Shown in pieces: positions 10,408 to 20,380 of a stretch of 39,821 nucleotides of DNA; within the stretch, counting starts at the first letter, position 1; every line of letters starts with the position of its first letter. Source of the DNA: Promethearchaeota archaeon. Lineage in GTDB: Archaea > Asgardarchaeota > Lokiarchaeia > Sigyniarchaeales > SOKP01. The stretch lies in the NCBI GenBank assembly GCA_019058015.1, contig JAHLWH010000279.1:1-39821 (forward strand). Direction: 5' to 3'. The position numbers and the translations under genes are program-made. The notes below the pieces were generated by a model that worked only from the letters and a program-made list of their open reading frames with translations, ran no database searches and was not told the origin of the DNA.

Positions 10408-11213
10408 ATGTCTAAAACCTCATTTAGGCTCCCTGTTCTATATCCCTCTAAATCTAATGTTATATAAATGAATCCTAATTTTTTTAATTCTGCATTTATT
10501 TCATCTGAATGTTTTAACAATAATGGAATATCGTTTTTATTTATTTCAATTCTTGCTATTTCATTGTGATATCTTACACGAACTTGTTTAATATCAAGAT
10601 TTTTCAAAATTTCTTCTGCTTTTTCGATCATTTTTAATATCTTTTCAGTTATTTCAATACCATACGGAATCCTTGATGCTAAACATGCGAATGCTGGTTT
10701 ATTCCATGATTTTAAATTCATTTCTTTAGATAATGCTCTTATCTCTTTTTTTGTCAATTTAACATCTTTTAAAGGACTTATTATCCCAAGTTCTTCTAAA
10801 GCTTTTATACCAGGTCTATAATCATTCATATCATCAAAATTTGTTGCATCTAATACATATTTAATATTCTTTTTCTCAGCAATTTTCTTTATTAGGGAAA
10901 ATAATCCTTTTTTACAAAGATAACATCGATTAAGAGGGTTTTTCCGAAAATTTTCATTTTTTAATTCTTCAGATTTAAAAATAGTATGCCTAATACCATT
11001 TTGTTCAGTAAATATTTTTGCATCTTTTATTTCAAATTCTGGATAGGTTGGCGAGGTTGCTGTTACAGCTAAGATCTTATCTCCTAAAACATCTTTTGCG
11101 ACTTTAATAAGAAAAGTGCTATCAACTCCACCAGAGAAGGCAATAGCTACCTTTTCCATTTTCTTTAAAATCTGTTTTAAATTTTCCAGTTTATCCAAAG
11201 TTAATTGTTGCAT
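10404..11213 (-). CDS. larE: Nickel-pincer cofactor sulfur insertase LarE (PP-loop)
   Basis: AFSGGVDS, RCYLCK, DYRPG, CLASRIPYG, GYRTGSLN. 4-bp overlaps link larE-larB-larC. Confidence 0.95.
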   Translation of the reverse strand: MQQLTLDKLENLKQILKKMEKVAIAFSGGVDSTFLIKVAKDVLGDKILAVTATSPTYPEFEIKDAKIFTEQNGIRHTIFKSEELKNENFRKNPLNRCYLCKKGLFSLIKKIAEKKNIKYVLDATNFDDMNDYRPGIKALEELGIISPLKDVKLTKKEIRALSKEMNLKSWNKPAFACLASRIPYGIEITEKILKMIEKAEEILKNLDIKQVRVRYHNEIARIEINKNDIPLLLKHSDEINAELKKLGFIYITLDLEGYRTGSLNEVLDI

Positions 11214-11287
11214 TCTTTTATCTAAGAATATATATCAATATTATAAAAAAATAAATTGCTTAAAATCAATAAATATTTAAGATAATT

Positions 11288-12730
11288 ATGGCATCTAAAA
11301 AAAACCCTAATATTTTAATATTTATACCGGATGAGATGCGTGCAGACTCTCTTGCATGTATGGGAAATCCAATAATTAAAACTCCTAATCTCGATAAGGT
11401 TGGTAAAGAGGGCGTAGTATTTACAAATTGTTTTGCTGTAAATCCAGTATGTGCACCATCTAGATGCTCTACTTTTACTGGACTTTATCCTCATTGTTCA
11501 GGACACCGTTCTCTATATTATCTTTTACAACCTCATGAAGAAAATTTACTGAAATTCCTAAAAAACTCCGGATATTATGTTCGAATGATTGGAAGGAATG
11601 ATTTGTTTTCCAAAAAAGCTTTTAAAACAAGTATATCTAAAAGAACTGGAGGTTTTTCGAAAGTTGACCTAAAAGCTTTTTTAGATTCACCTCCTATTGA
11701 AGACCGATTTAGAAAATCATTTTATTCAGGAAAAAGAGGAGAAAAACTTGTTAAAGATTTAGATTACAGTATTATTCAAGAAGCGCTTGAGTTTTTAGAT
11801 TCTAATCCGCCAGAACCTTTCTGTTTATTCCTTGCTTTAGCTTATCCACATCCTCCCTATTCTGTTGAGGAACCTTATTTTTCAATGTATGATAGACAGA
11901 AAATTCCTGCACCAATTCCACCCAAGTTGGATGATAAACCACACTTTATGAAAGAAATGCATGAGTCTTATAACTTAAACCTTTTATCAGAAGATAATAA
12001 AAAAGAAATAATTGCCACTTATTATGGGATGGTTTCGAGGGTGGACGACCAATTTGGGACAATTATTGAGAAATTCAAGGAAAAAAATTATTACAATCAC
12101 ACAGCAGTTTTTTTCTTTGGAGATCATGGCGACTATACAACTGACTATGGTTTAACAGAAAAATGGCCCACAGGTTTCCAAGATTGCCTGATAAAAGTTC
12201 CTTTAATTATAAAAATTCCTGGAATAAAACCAAATAATAATCCAATCAATAATTTAGTAGAAACAATAGATTTATTTCCAACTATGTTAGAAATTGCCAA
12301 TATAAAAATAAAATACACTCATTTTGGAAAATCTTTAATCCATCTAATTAAGGGAGAAAGTAATGAGCACCGCGATTCACTGTTTGCAGAAGGGGGCTAT
12401 TTACCTAGGGAACCCCAATGTTTTGAAGTGAAAATTAAATCACCAGAATTACCTCTAATTGGAATTTATTATGATAAAATTAGAATCTCCTATGATGACC
12501 CAAGCACAGTAAGCAGAGCTGCAATGATAAGAACCGAAGAATGGAAATATGTGGCTAGGATTGAAGGTAAAGAAGAATTATATAATATAAAATCAGATCC
12601 TAAAGAGCAAATTAATTTAATAGATGATCTCAATTTGAAAGAAATCAAGGCAAAATTGAAAGAGAGACTTTTAAGATGGTATATTAGTACAAGCGATAAC
12701 GCACCCATGAAAAAAGAAAGGGCTTTATAA
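11288..12730 (+). CDS. Formylglycine-dependent sulfatase family hydrolase
   Basis: PNILIF.PDEMR, CAPSR (CxPxR), PHPPY, GDHGD, ELYN...DP.E..NL. Confidence 0.9.
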   Translation: MASKKNPNILIFIPDEMRADSLACMGNPIIKTPNLDKVGKEGVVFTNCFAVNPVCAPSRCSTFTGLYPHCSGHRSLYYLLQPHEENLLKFLKNSGYYVRMIGRNDLFSKKAFKTSISKRTGGFSKVDLKAFLDSPPIEDRFRKSFYSGKRGEKLVKDLDYSIIQEALEFLDSNPPEPFCLFLALAYPHPPYSVEEPYFSMYDRQKIPAPIPPKLDDKPHFMKEMHESYNLNLLSEDNKKEIIATYYGMVSRVDDQFGTIIEKFKEKNYYNHTAVFFFGDHGDYTTDYGLTEKWPTGFQDCLIKVPLIIKIPGIKPNNNPINNLVETIDLFPTMLEIANIKIKYTHFGKSLIHLIKGESNEHRDSLFAEGGYLPREPQCFEVKIKSPELPLIGIYYDKIRISYDDPSTVSRAAMIRTEEWKYVARIEGKEELYNIKSDPKEQINLIDDLNLKEIKAKLKERLLRWYISTSDNAPMKKERAL

Positions 12731-12811
12731 TTAATTTAATTAATAAGATTTTTCTTTTAATCACTATTAAAATTTTTTTATTTTTTTTATTTAATATTTT
12801 TTATTCATTTC

Positions 12812-13228
12812 TTATTCAATCTCATAAGATTCAACTGGAACTTTAAACATTATAAAATGCTTAGGATTTCGAGTAATTATTTTTTTCGCCTTAATTACTT
12901 CTGCTGATACTCCAATGATACAATCACCAACATCTAAAGTAATCCCTTTAGCCCGTAATTGTCCTTTTATGACTCCTGATTGTTCTAAAATTTTTAGATT
13001 TATTGGTATTATTTCATAATCATTGAGTATTTTTGTATATTGTTGTTTAAATTTTTTATAGATGGTAATTCCCTTTTTTTCTTTAGTGTATCCAAGACCA
13101 TCATATATCTCTTCAACTGTAATAGCAGAGATACATAATTTTTCTTCTATGTTTTTCTTTAGGCATTTCCTAACTCCTGAATAACCTCTCCAAAGATCTA
13201 TAATCACTGTTGTATCTAAAATTATCAT
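12812..13228 (-). CDS. vapC: VapC PIN-domain toxin
   Basis: IILDTTVIID, ISAITVEEI, D.IIG.SA, ITRNPKHF; overlaps the upstream antitoxin by 4 bp. Confidence 0.9.
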   Translation of the reverse strand: MIILDTTVIIDLWRGYSGVRKCLKKNIEEKLCISAITVEEIYDGLGYTKEKKGITIYKKFKQQYTKILNDYEIIPINLKILEQSGVIKGQLRAKGITLDVGDCIIGVSAEVIKAKKIITRNPKHFIMFKVPVESYEIE

Positions 13229-13485
13229 TCTTCATTACCCCACAGCTCTGAGAATCTTTTAGATGCTCTAGCTGCGTCTAATTTCTTAGCTTCTAAAACT
13301 GCATTTTCAAAATCATCTAGCATATCTTTTGGTAAATCTTTTGCTATTCCAAAATGTTTTAATGGATCTTTCTTTCGCCCTTTAATTAAACGCTCAATTA
13401 ACTCGGAAAAACTTTCATTTGGATTTTTCAATCGCTTTAAGTCGTTATAAATATCCTCTCGAAGAGAAATCATTTTTGACGTCAT
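13225..13485 (-). CDS. vapB: VapB-type antitoxin (archaeal DUF217-like)
   Basis: K.ISL..D.Y..LK.LK...ESFS.LI.RL; directly upstream of the PIN toxin; GAGGA about 10 nt upstream. Confidence 0.85.
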   Translation of the reverse strand: MTSKMISLREDIYNDLKRLKNPNESFSELIERLIKGRKKDPLKHFGIAKDLPKDMLDDFENAVLEAKKLDAARASKRFSELWGNEE

Positions 13486-13670
13486 ATTACATTCCTCATA
13501 CTTAATATAGATATTTATATATATATTTATAGCTTTATAAAAAATCTTTAATTTTTAAAACTTTTGTTTCATTTCTTATTCTGAAAATTCTTAAATATAT
13601 CTTTTATCAATTTTTAATCCATTCCTGAATATTAATAGAGTTTTTTCTTTTACCAGATTAAATATTGTAA

Positions 13671-14354
13671 TTATTTATTATTTGATTTTTTAGTAAAGTT
13701 TAGTTGATAAGAAAAAAAATTTCCAAATTTTTCTTTTATCTCAAATCCTGATTCTTCTGCCCAGCGAATTTCGGTCTTTCTTCGGGGATAATCCGGATCT
13801 GGAAGGATTTCACAGAGAGATACTAATCCATCGGGTTTTAGTATTCTATTACAGTCGCGTAGAACTCTAATTGGATCAGGAATTTCGGGTAAACATGTAT
13901 TGGCAAAAACCCTATCAATACTTTTATCTTCAAAGGGAAAGTTATAGGCATCTCCAACTATCGGAATAATGTTAGAGATTTCTTCCTTTTCAATTCGTTT
14001 TTTTAAAGATTCTATTACGGATTCTTGGATATCAAGGGCGTATACTTTTCCATTGGGTATAACTTTCTTTGCTACCGCTTTGGTATAAGATCCCTTACCT
14101 GGACCAATCTCAACGACTATCATTCCAGCTTCAAGATGCATTCGCTCAGCAATTACTTTAGGTTTTTGTATGAATCTCCGCCAAGGATTATCAATTAAAC
14201 GGGTTGCAAATGCTGGAATTGGAAATTTATGATATCTACGAATAATTCTTAAAATTATCATCACAAAAACGAAAAATATTAAAAAAATAATCATAGTAAC
14301 CAAGAAAATCCATTTAAATAAAAGCCACAAATCAATCATCATATTCTTCACCAA
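13671..14354 (-). CDS. Class I SAM-dependent methyltransferase with N-terminal membrane anchor
   Basis: VVEIGPGKG, ALDIQ, GDAY.FPF.D.S.D, RILKPDG; hydrophobic N-terminus. Confidence 0.85.
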   Translation of the reverse strand: MVKNMMIDLWLLFKWIFLVTMIIFLIFFVFVMIILRIIRRYHKFPIPAFATRLIDNPWRRFIQKPKVIAERMHLEAGMIVVEIGPGKGSYTKAVAKKVIPNGKVYALDIQESVIESLKKRIEKEEISNIIPIVGDAYNFPFEDKSIDRVFANTCLPEIPDPIRVLRDCNRILKPDGLVSLCEILPDPDYPRRKTEIRWAEESGFEIKEKFGNFFSYQLNFTKKSNNK

Positions 14355-14491
14355 CCCAGATGATGCCTATTAATTTAAAAGTTTCATATTTATTTTTATT
14401 TTTTCAATTTCAAACTATTTATCGAATCTAAAAAAATATATTTATTTAAGTTAAAACAAAGAATCTTCTATTAATAATAGAGTTGATATAA

Positions 14492-15868
14492 ATGAATACC
14501 GATCAAATATTAAAAGATTTGCAAATCATTGTAGGTAGAGAATTTGCAACCAATAGCCCTGAAGATCTCTATATTTATTCCCAAGATCCTGGAGCTTCTT
14601 TACCTCGCCCCGTTGATTTTGTTGTAATGCCTAAAACAACCGAGGAAGTTCAAAAAATTGTAAAATTAGCTAACGAGGAAAAAATACCTTTGGTTCCCAT
14701 GGGCGGTGGACTGACGCTTAGTGGATTAATCATTCCAGTAAAGGGTGGTATTGTATTAGATATGAAGAGAATGGATCAAGTAATTGAAATAAATGAATTA
14801 AGCCGGTATGCCCTCATTGAACCTGGAGTTTCTACAGGACAATTGCTTGCATATTTAAATGAGCATCATCCTGATCTGCAACCTGCAATCCCTGACGCCC
14901 CTCCTTCTGCAACTATTGCTGGCAATGTATTAATTCATGGATCAGGCTATTTATCACAGAAATATGGAGACCACGGTGCAATAGTTAATGGATTGGAAGT
15001 TGTTTTGGCAAGTGGTGAAGTGGTTAAACTTGGATCTTGTGCAGTTTCCGATTATTGGTTTGCAAGAGGACCCATCCCTGATTTAGTAGGATTATTTCTA
15101 AGTTCATTTGGAACTATGGGAATCGTAACAAAACTTTCGGTTCAAATATTTCCAAAACCGAAATTTAGGGAAATCGTGTTTGGATTGATGAAAGATGAAG
15201 AAAATATTCCAAATCTTCTATTAGAAATTACAACTAAGGAGTTCATTGAAGATGTAATCCTTGGTAAACAAGACAAGCCCGAGTGGATGAAAGGATATAT
15301 CTTTTTTATGGTCTATATTACGGGAGATAGTCAAGAAGATATTGATGCTAAAATAAAGATACTAAAAAAAATATATCGTAAAAATGGAGCGAGATATATG
15401 AAGGCAACTCAAAAAATGATAGATCTTTATATAGAAAAGCCAATATTTGCATCAGGGGCTGCAGATTTCCGAAAAGGAGGTGGTTTTGAATATGTTGGTG
15501 CTAACATGCCATTAGAAAAAATTCCTGAAGCATAGCGTAGAGGGGCTGAAATTTCAAGAAAATATGGGATACCTCCTACATTAGGTTCTAGACTTATTGG
15601 ACAGACTCATAATATCGTAATGTTCTTTTCTTATTCTTTCAATAGAGCTGATCCAGACGACATGCAGAATGCAAGAAATGCACTTGAAGAAACAAATCAT
15701 TTAGCATTAGAGCTTGGTGGCATTCCTTGGAAAGGTGAATTGAGTGCACAGAAACTAACTCTTCAAAAAATGGATCCCAATTATAAAAAAATGTTTTTTA
15801 ATATTCGCCAGATGTTAGATCCAAATGATATTATGAATCCAGGAAATTGGAGTGAGGAGGAGAATTAA
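14492..15868 (+). CDS. FAD-linked oxidase, GlcD/D-lactate dehydrogenase-like, interrupted by an in-frame TAG at 15533-15535 (pseudogene, sequence error or readthrough)
   Basis: ORFs 14492-15535 and 15620-15868 share a frame with no other stop between them. Joined length is 458 aa, with GGG..LSG, TIAGN, GLEVVL.SG, GTMGIVT and the canonical C-terminal LDP..IMNPG. Confidence 0.85.
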
Positions 15869-15869
15869 A

Positions 15870-17036
15870 ATGGCTTTAGATGATGTTAAACATATAATAC
15901 ATAGATGTTTTAGGTGTGGATATTGTAAATTTACCCATTCTTATTCCGAATTTAATTGTCCCAGTTATAATAAGCATCGATTTGAGACATACAGCGCAGG
16001 TGGTCGGATTTGGCTCATTTTTGGTCTAATGAATAATGAACTTCAATGGAGTGATAATTTAGCTAATATTCTATATGCATGTAGTACGTGTGGAAATTGT
16101 GTGGAAAATTGCAGGTTTGTAAAATTCAATGAATTTTGGGTGGATATTATTGAAGCAGCCAGAGCCGAAGCGGTTAAAAACGGTTTTTGTCCTGAAAAGC
16201 AGAAAAATTTATTGGAACGCACTACGAACCCAGAAATGTTTAATCCTTACGCCGAACCAAATTCAGATAATGAAGAGTTAAAAAAGGAATATAATTTACC
16301 GGATAAAGCAGAATGGGTCTATTTTATTGGGTGCACATCAAATTATCGTCAAAAAAATTTAAGAGATTCTACTCTAAGATTTCTTAAAAAAGCAAAAATT
16401 GATTTTACCTTAATCGATGAATATTGTTGTTGCAGCCCAATTATAAGAACCGGACAAATTAGTCCCGTAAAGGATTTTATGAATTATAATGTTGGAAAAA
16501 TTAAAGAAGTAGGAGCTACTAAAGTAATTACTTCTTGTGCTGGGTGTTATCGAACATTAAAGAATGATTTTGAGAAATTTGGAGTCGAATACGATTTTAA
16601 ACTATATCATACAGCTGAATTAGTTAAACAACTTTTAGATGAAGGGAAATTAAAATTCAAATCAAATTATGATAAAACTGTAACTTATCATGATCCTTGC
16701 CATTTAGGTAGGCACTCTGGTATATATGAGATTCCTAGAGAAGTTTATAAGAAGATTCCGGGTATTAATTTTGTTGAAATGAAGAGAAACAGAGAAAACG
16801 CATATTGTTGCGGAGCAGGAGGAGGCGTTAAAATTGGATTTCCCGACTGGGCTGTAGAAATTTCGAAGGAAAGATTAGAAGAAGCTAAAGAAACGGGAGC
16901 TACAGTTGTGTCTTCAACTTGTCCATTTTGCAGAACGAATTTATCTGATGCAAATGATAAGTTCGATTTGGGTTTTGAAGTAATAGATTTAATAGAGATT
17001 CTGGATAAGTTAGATCTGGAAATAATTGAAACTTAA
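15870..17036 (+). CDS. Fe-S oxidoreductase with two CCG domains (GlcF/HdrD-like)
   Basis: CFRCGYC, CSTCGNCVENC, F.GC, CCC, SCAGC, YHDPCHLGR, CCGAGGG, CPFC. ATG at 15870 follows GAGGAGG. Confidence 0.9.
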   Translation: MALDDVKHIIHRCFRCGYCKFTHSYSEFNCPSYNKHRFETYSAGGRIWLIFGLMNNELQWSDNLANILYACSTCGNCVENCRFVKFNEFWVDIIEAARAEAVKNGFCPEKQKNLLERTTNPEMFNPYAEPNSDNEELKKEYNLPDKAEWVYFIGCTSNYRQKNLRDSTLRFLKKAKIDFTLIDEYCCCSPIIRTGQISPVKDFMNYNVGKIKEVGATKVITSCAGCYRTLKNDFEKFGVEYDFKLYHTAELVKQLLDEGKLKFKSNYDKTVTYHDPCHLGRHSGIYEIPREVYKKIPGINFVEMKRNRENAYCCGAGGGVKIGFPDWAVEISKERLEEAKETGATVVSSTCPFCRTNLSDANDKFDLGFEVIDLIEILDKLDLEIIET

Positions 17037-17040
17037 GTAA

Positions 17041-17060
17041 TTTTTTTTTGTTTTTTATTT
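17041..17060 (+). terminator. Putative archaeal T-rich terminator
   Basis: tttttttttgttttttattt immediately after the stop codon of the Fe-S gene. Confidence 0.4.
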
Positions 17061-17216
17061 AAACTTATTAAAAAATCTTAGTTTTATAGACTAATTCTTT
17101 ATTAACAATTTTTTTAAAATTATTTATCGGTACTTGACTAAATGATCATATATAACGAAACTTTATGAACATATGCTTAACTTATATTTAATCAATAGGC
17201 ATATTAACTGAAGTAT

Positions 17217-17585
17217 TTAATCATTTTTTCCTTTTCTGATAATCATTTTTTCCTTTTCGAATTCACTTGCTTCACTTATTCTTATAATAAAAACTTGGAA
17301 TTCGCCTAATTCACTTGGTATGTCTTGAATATTCGTCATATTATCTTCCACATATATGGCTATTCCGATAATATAATTACTTTCGTCCCGTGCAATCCCC
17401 GCTCCTACAACACCATCAATATTTAATAAATCATCCTCGTTTTCGTGGAGAATCTCTATTATCTTTATATCTGTGGGGTATATATTAAGACTAAATATAA
17501 AAAATAAACTAAAACTAAATAATAAAACCAAACCAATCCCAGTGATTATTAAATATTTTTTTGCCATACGATTAAAAACGCACAT
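17217..17585 (-). CDS. Small membrane-anchored hypothetical protein
   Basis: N-terminal TM followed by LLNIDGVVGAGI...IAIYV...IPSELGEF.V. Confidence 0.7.
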   Translation of the reverse strand: MCVFNRMAKKYLIITGIGLVLLFSFSLFFIFSLNIYPTDIKIIEILHENEDDLLNIDGVVGAGIARDESNYIIGIAIYVEDNMTNIQDIPSELGEFQVFIIRISEASEFEKEKMIIRKGKND

Positions 17586-17738
17586 AATTATATTTAATTT
17601 TTATGCAAACCTAAAGAAATTAATAATCTTCCTTTTCTGAAGGTTCTTTCTCTTTATTTATTCTCTTAAGGTTGGAAGGGATTAAATTCGAATCGGTTCG
17701 AGAATTTTTTGTCGAGACAGAGAATTAAAAATAATGTG

Positions 17739-17853
17739 GAATTAGATAAAACACTCAAATGCTTTAAGAAAACAATTGAATTAGATCCAAGTTCTAAAAT
17801 TTGCAATAAATGAGATTACAAAATTAAAGAAAGATAATAAAAGAACCGAATAA
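17739..17853 (+). pseudogene. TPR-repeat protein 3' remnant with a frameshift
   Basis: ELDKTLKCFKKTIELDPSSKI then, after a 1-nt shift, AINEITKLKKDNKRTE*; resembles TPR A..CF.KAIELDP. Confidence 0.5.
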
Positions 17854-17897
17854 AAAGATTTGAAGAAATAATTTGGTTAATTTTTGATAAATTTTTT

Positions 17898-18074
17898 TCA
17901 TTTTATAAGGCTAGAATGGTTTTTAGTTTGATGTATGTGGATAATGGCTTTTAAAATTAAAGAAATGAGAAAAATTGGCGTTAGCAAAATTATTGCATCA
18001 AAACTTCTAGGCCACCATAATTTGAAACTCCACTTAAAATTAAGGGGATAGAACCAGTTTATCCCTCCTGCCCA
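17898..18074 (-). pseudogene. Orphan diverged copy of the 3' end of the hydrolase gene at 22990-23604
   Basis: WAGGINWFYPLNFKWSFKLWWPRSFDAIILLTPIF versus WAGGINWLYPFDFAMFRWSFKLWWPGSYDAIILLAPVF; 21 bp identical at 18054-18074 and 23155-23175. Confidence 0.9.
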
Positions 18075-18307
18075 ATCCATTAAATCTTTAACAACCTATG
18101 AGCTGAGGTAGAAACCTAACCCTCCTTTATCTCCTCGTGGGATTAATATAATCTAACAAATTTATTCTAAAAAATATTTTTCATTCTAAGTCAAATAAAT
18201 TATGAATATACAGATGTAATTCAAAAAGTTCATTTCTTACAAAATAGGCTTTTTCTTTATAAAGGTTTAATTTAAAAGTCTCTCAAAAAAAAATTTAAAA
18301 TTATGAG

Positions 18308-20380
18308 GTGAATAGAAAGATGAACGGAAAAAATTCAATGGATGATATAGCAATATGGAAGGCAATGGTTGAGATTACTCAAATACCAGCCAAGCCACAA
18401 AAGGAAGATTCTTGGTTGTTTTACATTCCTAATCATAATTATCCTATTGGATTAGAAATTTTTGGAGACAACAAACTAACATGGAGGTATTTTACAAAAG
18501 CAGACTATTTAGAAGGCGCCAAAGCCATAGGTTATCAAATGTTGGGACTTCTAAGGCAGAAATTTCCAAGTATAAATGGAGTAGTAAAGATAAGACCAAT
18601 AAAGAATAGAGAAATCAAAGAAGATTTTTATAAAGATGATAGATAAGAATATTTTCAATTAAAATTTCCAGCAATTCGTTATAGAAGTAAAATCAATTTA
18701 ATTCAGAATTTTATTAATCAATTCAATAATAAAAATAAAGGTATAATATACTTGTCTCTTTTATGGGAACGTATAGTTTCAATAGACAAATCAATGATGA
18801 ATTATCTTAAAGAACATAAAATGGCTGATAATTTATTATTAAACGAGTTATCATTCTATCCAGATGGTGAAATTCCAAGAGACGTACAGAATTTCGCTAA
18901 TAATTATACAAATTTATGGGGCTTAGATGGTTATAAGCTGAAAATATTCTATGGTTATGAACTGCGTGATGCCGAATTAAAAAACATAGAAATTGAGAAT
19001 TCTCTGAAAAGTCTATGTATTGGTATTGAAAATGAGCGTTATCACAACGCTAAATCATCGTTTATTTATAAATATAATATGATTATGCAGTTATTAAGGG
19101 TACATCCATTTGAAAAAGATAAATTTAATGTAATTTCTCCAAAAATGGTGGATTTCAACTTTCCAAAAAATACTCCATTGCAGAAGGGATATGTTTTAGA
19201 AAACGAAAATATCGTTTATACTAATCCTTTAATGGATGGAATTGTAATATTAGGAAATCACGTATCAAATGGCGTTCCTACCGAACACGAAGGAGTTATT
19301 TTTCAAAAAATACTCAATCAACATTGCTTAATTTGTGGCACTGTAAATACAGGTAAAACACTTTTTAGCAGTTTTGTTATTAATCAAATAGAAAATTCAG
19401 GAGTACTGATTTTTAACTTATTCAAACCTAAACAAGAGGGAATGTATAATGTAGATGTAATTTATAGGTACGGAGATGAGAATTTTGAAACCCCCTACTG
19501 TCCACCGCTTATTAATCCTCTCAATAAAGAAAAAATAATTGAAGAGACAGGGGAAATGTATGTAGCTTGTTTAGGGTTAAGAGATGTATTTGAGGAAATA
19601 ATATATTCGGTAAAACAATTCTATCTCGAATTAAAGTACGAATTGCCACAAGAAATTATGGAATTATTTGACGCTGTAAAGGAATATTTAATAGAAAATC
19701 CTTATGATAAAGAAGTCCAAACGAATTTTTTGACGGCATTTGAGAATAGAATTAAACCGCTTAGGAGAAATAGAATTCTGCAAAATACGCTAAGGTTGAG
19801 GAAAACCATACCAAAATGGTATAAAGACCTACAAAATGGGAAGAAAGTCTATATAGATTTAAGTATGTGCAGTAAATACGAACAGAGATTTATAGTAAGT
19901 GCGATGTTTCAGTTAATCCGTACTTTATCTTCTGGTATCGAAACTAAGGATTTAAGAATGTTGATTGTAGTGGATGAAGCACATAGAATCTTCCACAAGC
20001 CGAGAACACAAAACCCAGACCACCACCGATTTATCAGACAAGAAATGTTTGAAATGGTATTTTCAGAAATGATGAAGGCACTTAGGAGTGCAGGAGTGGG
20101 TGTAATGGTCATTGACCATGAGTTATATCGCTTGTTTGAGTGCATTGTTGAATTAACGGGGTTAAAAATATTATTTCGCATGGAAGAACGAGGTGCTGAA
20201 CTTTTTTCGAAGAACAAAAATGAACAAACATTACTCACCCAACAAAAAAATAGAGAGGCGTTAATCCTAAATAGAACTACAAGCGAGAAATACCAAATAA
20301 AGACAATTGATATCGAATTATCTGAAAGAATTAAATTTAGAAAAACAAGAGAGAAAACAAAGGTGACCGTAATTGAGTGA
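18308..20380 (+). pseudogene. HerA/FtsK/VirB4-superfamily (DUF87-like) ATPase interrupted by an in-frame TAA at 18644-18646
   Basis: 18308-18646 and 18752-20380 share a frame and the 35 codons between them are open (EYFQLKFPAIRY...). Walker A GTVNTGKT, Walker B LIVVDEAHRIF, LRSAGVG. Confidence 0.8.

Noticed and set aside
15620-15868. Independent 82-aa gene
   Set aside because: It is the in-frame C-terminus of the upstream FAD oxidase.
18081-18150. Minus-strand GDKGGLGFYLSS*VVKDL as a histidine-kinase remnant
   Set aside because: Too short and interrupted by a stop; the resemblance to the G2 box may be chance.
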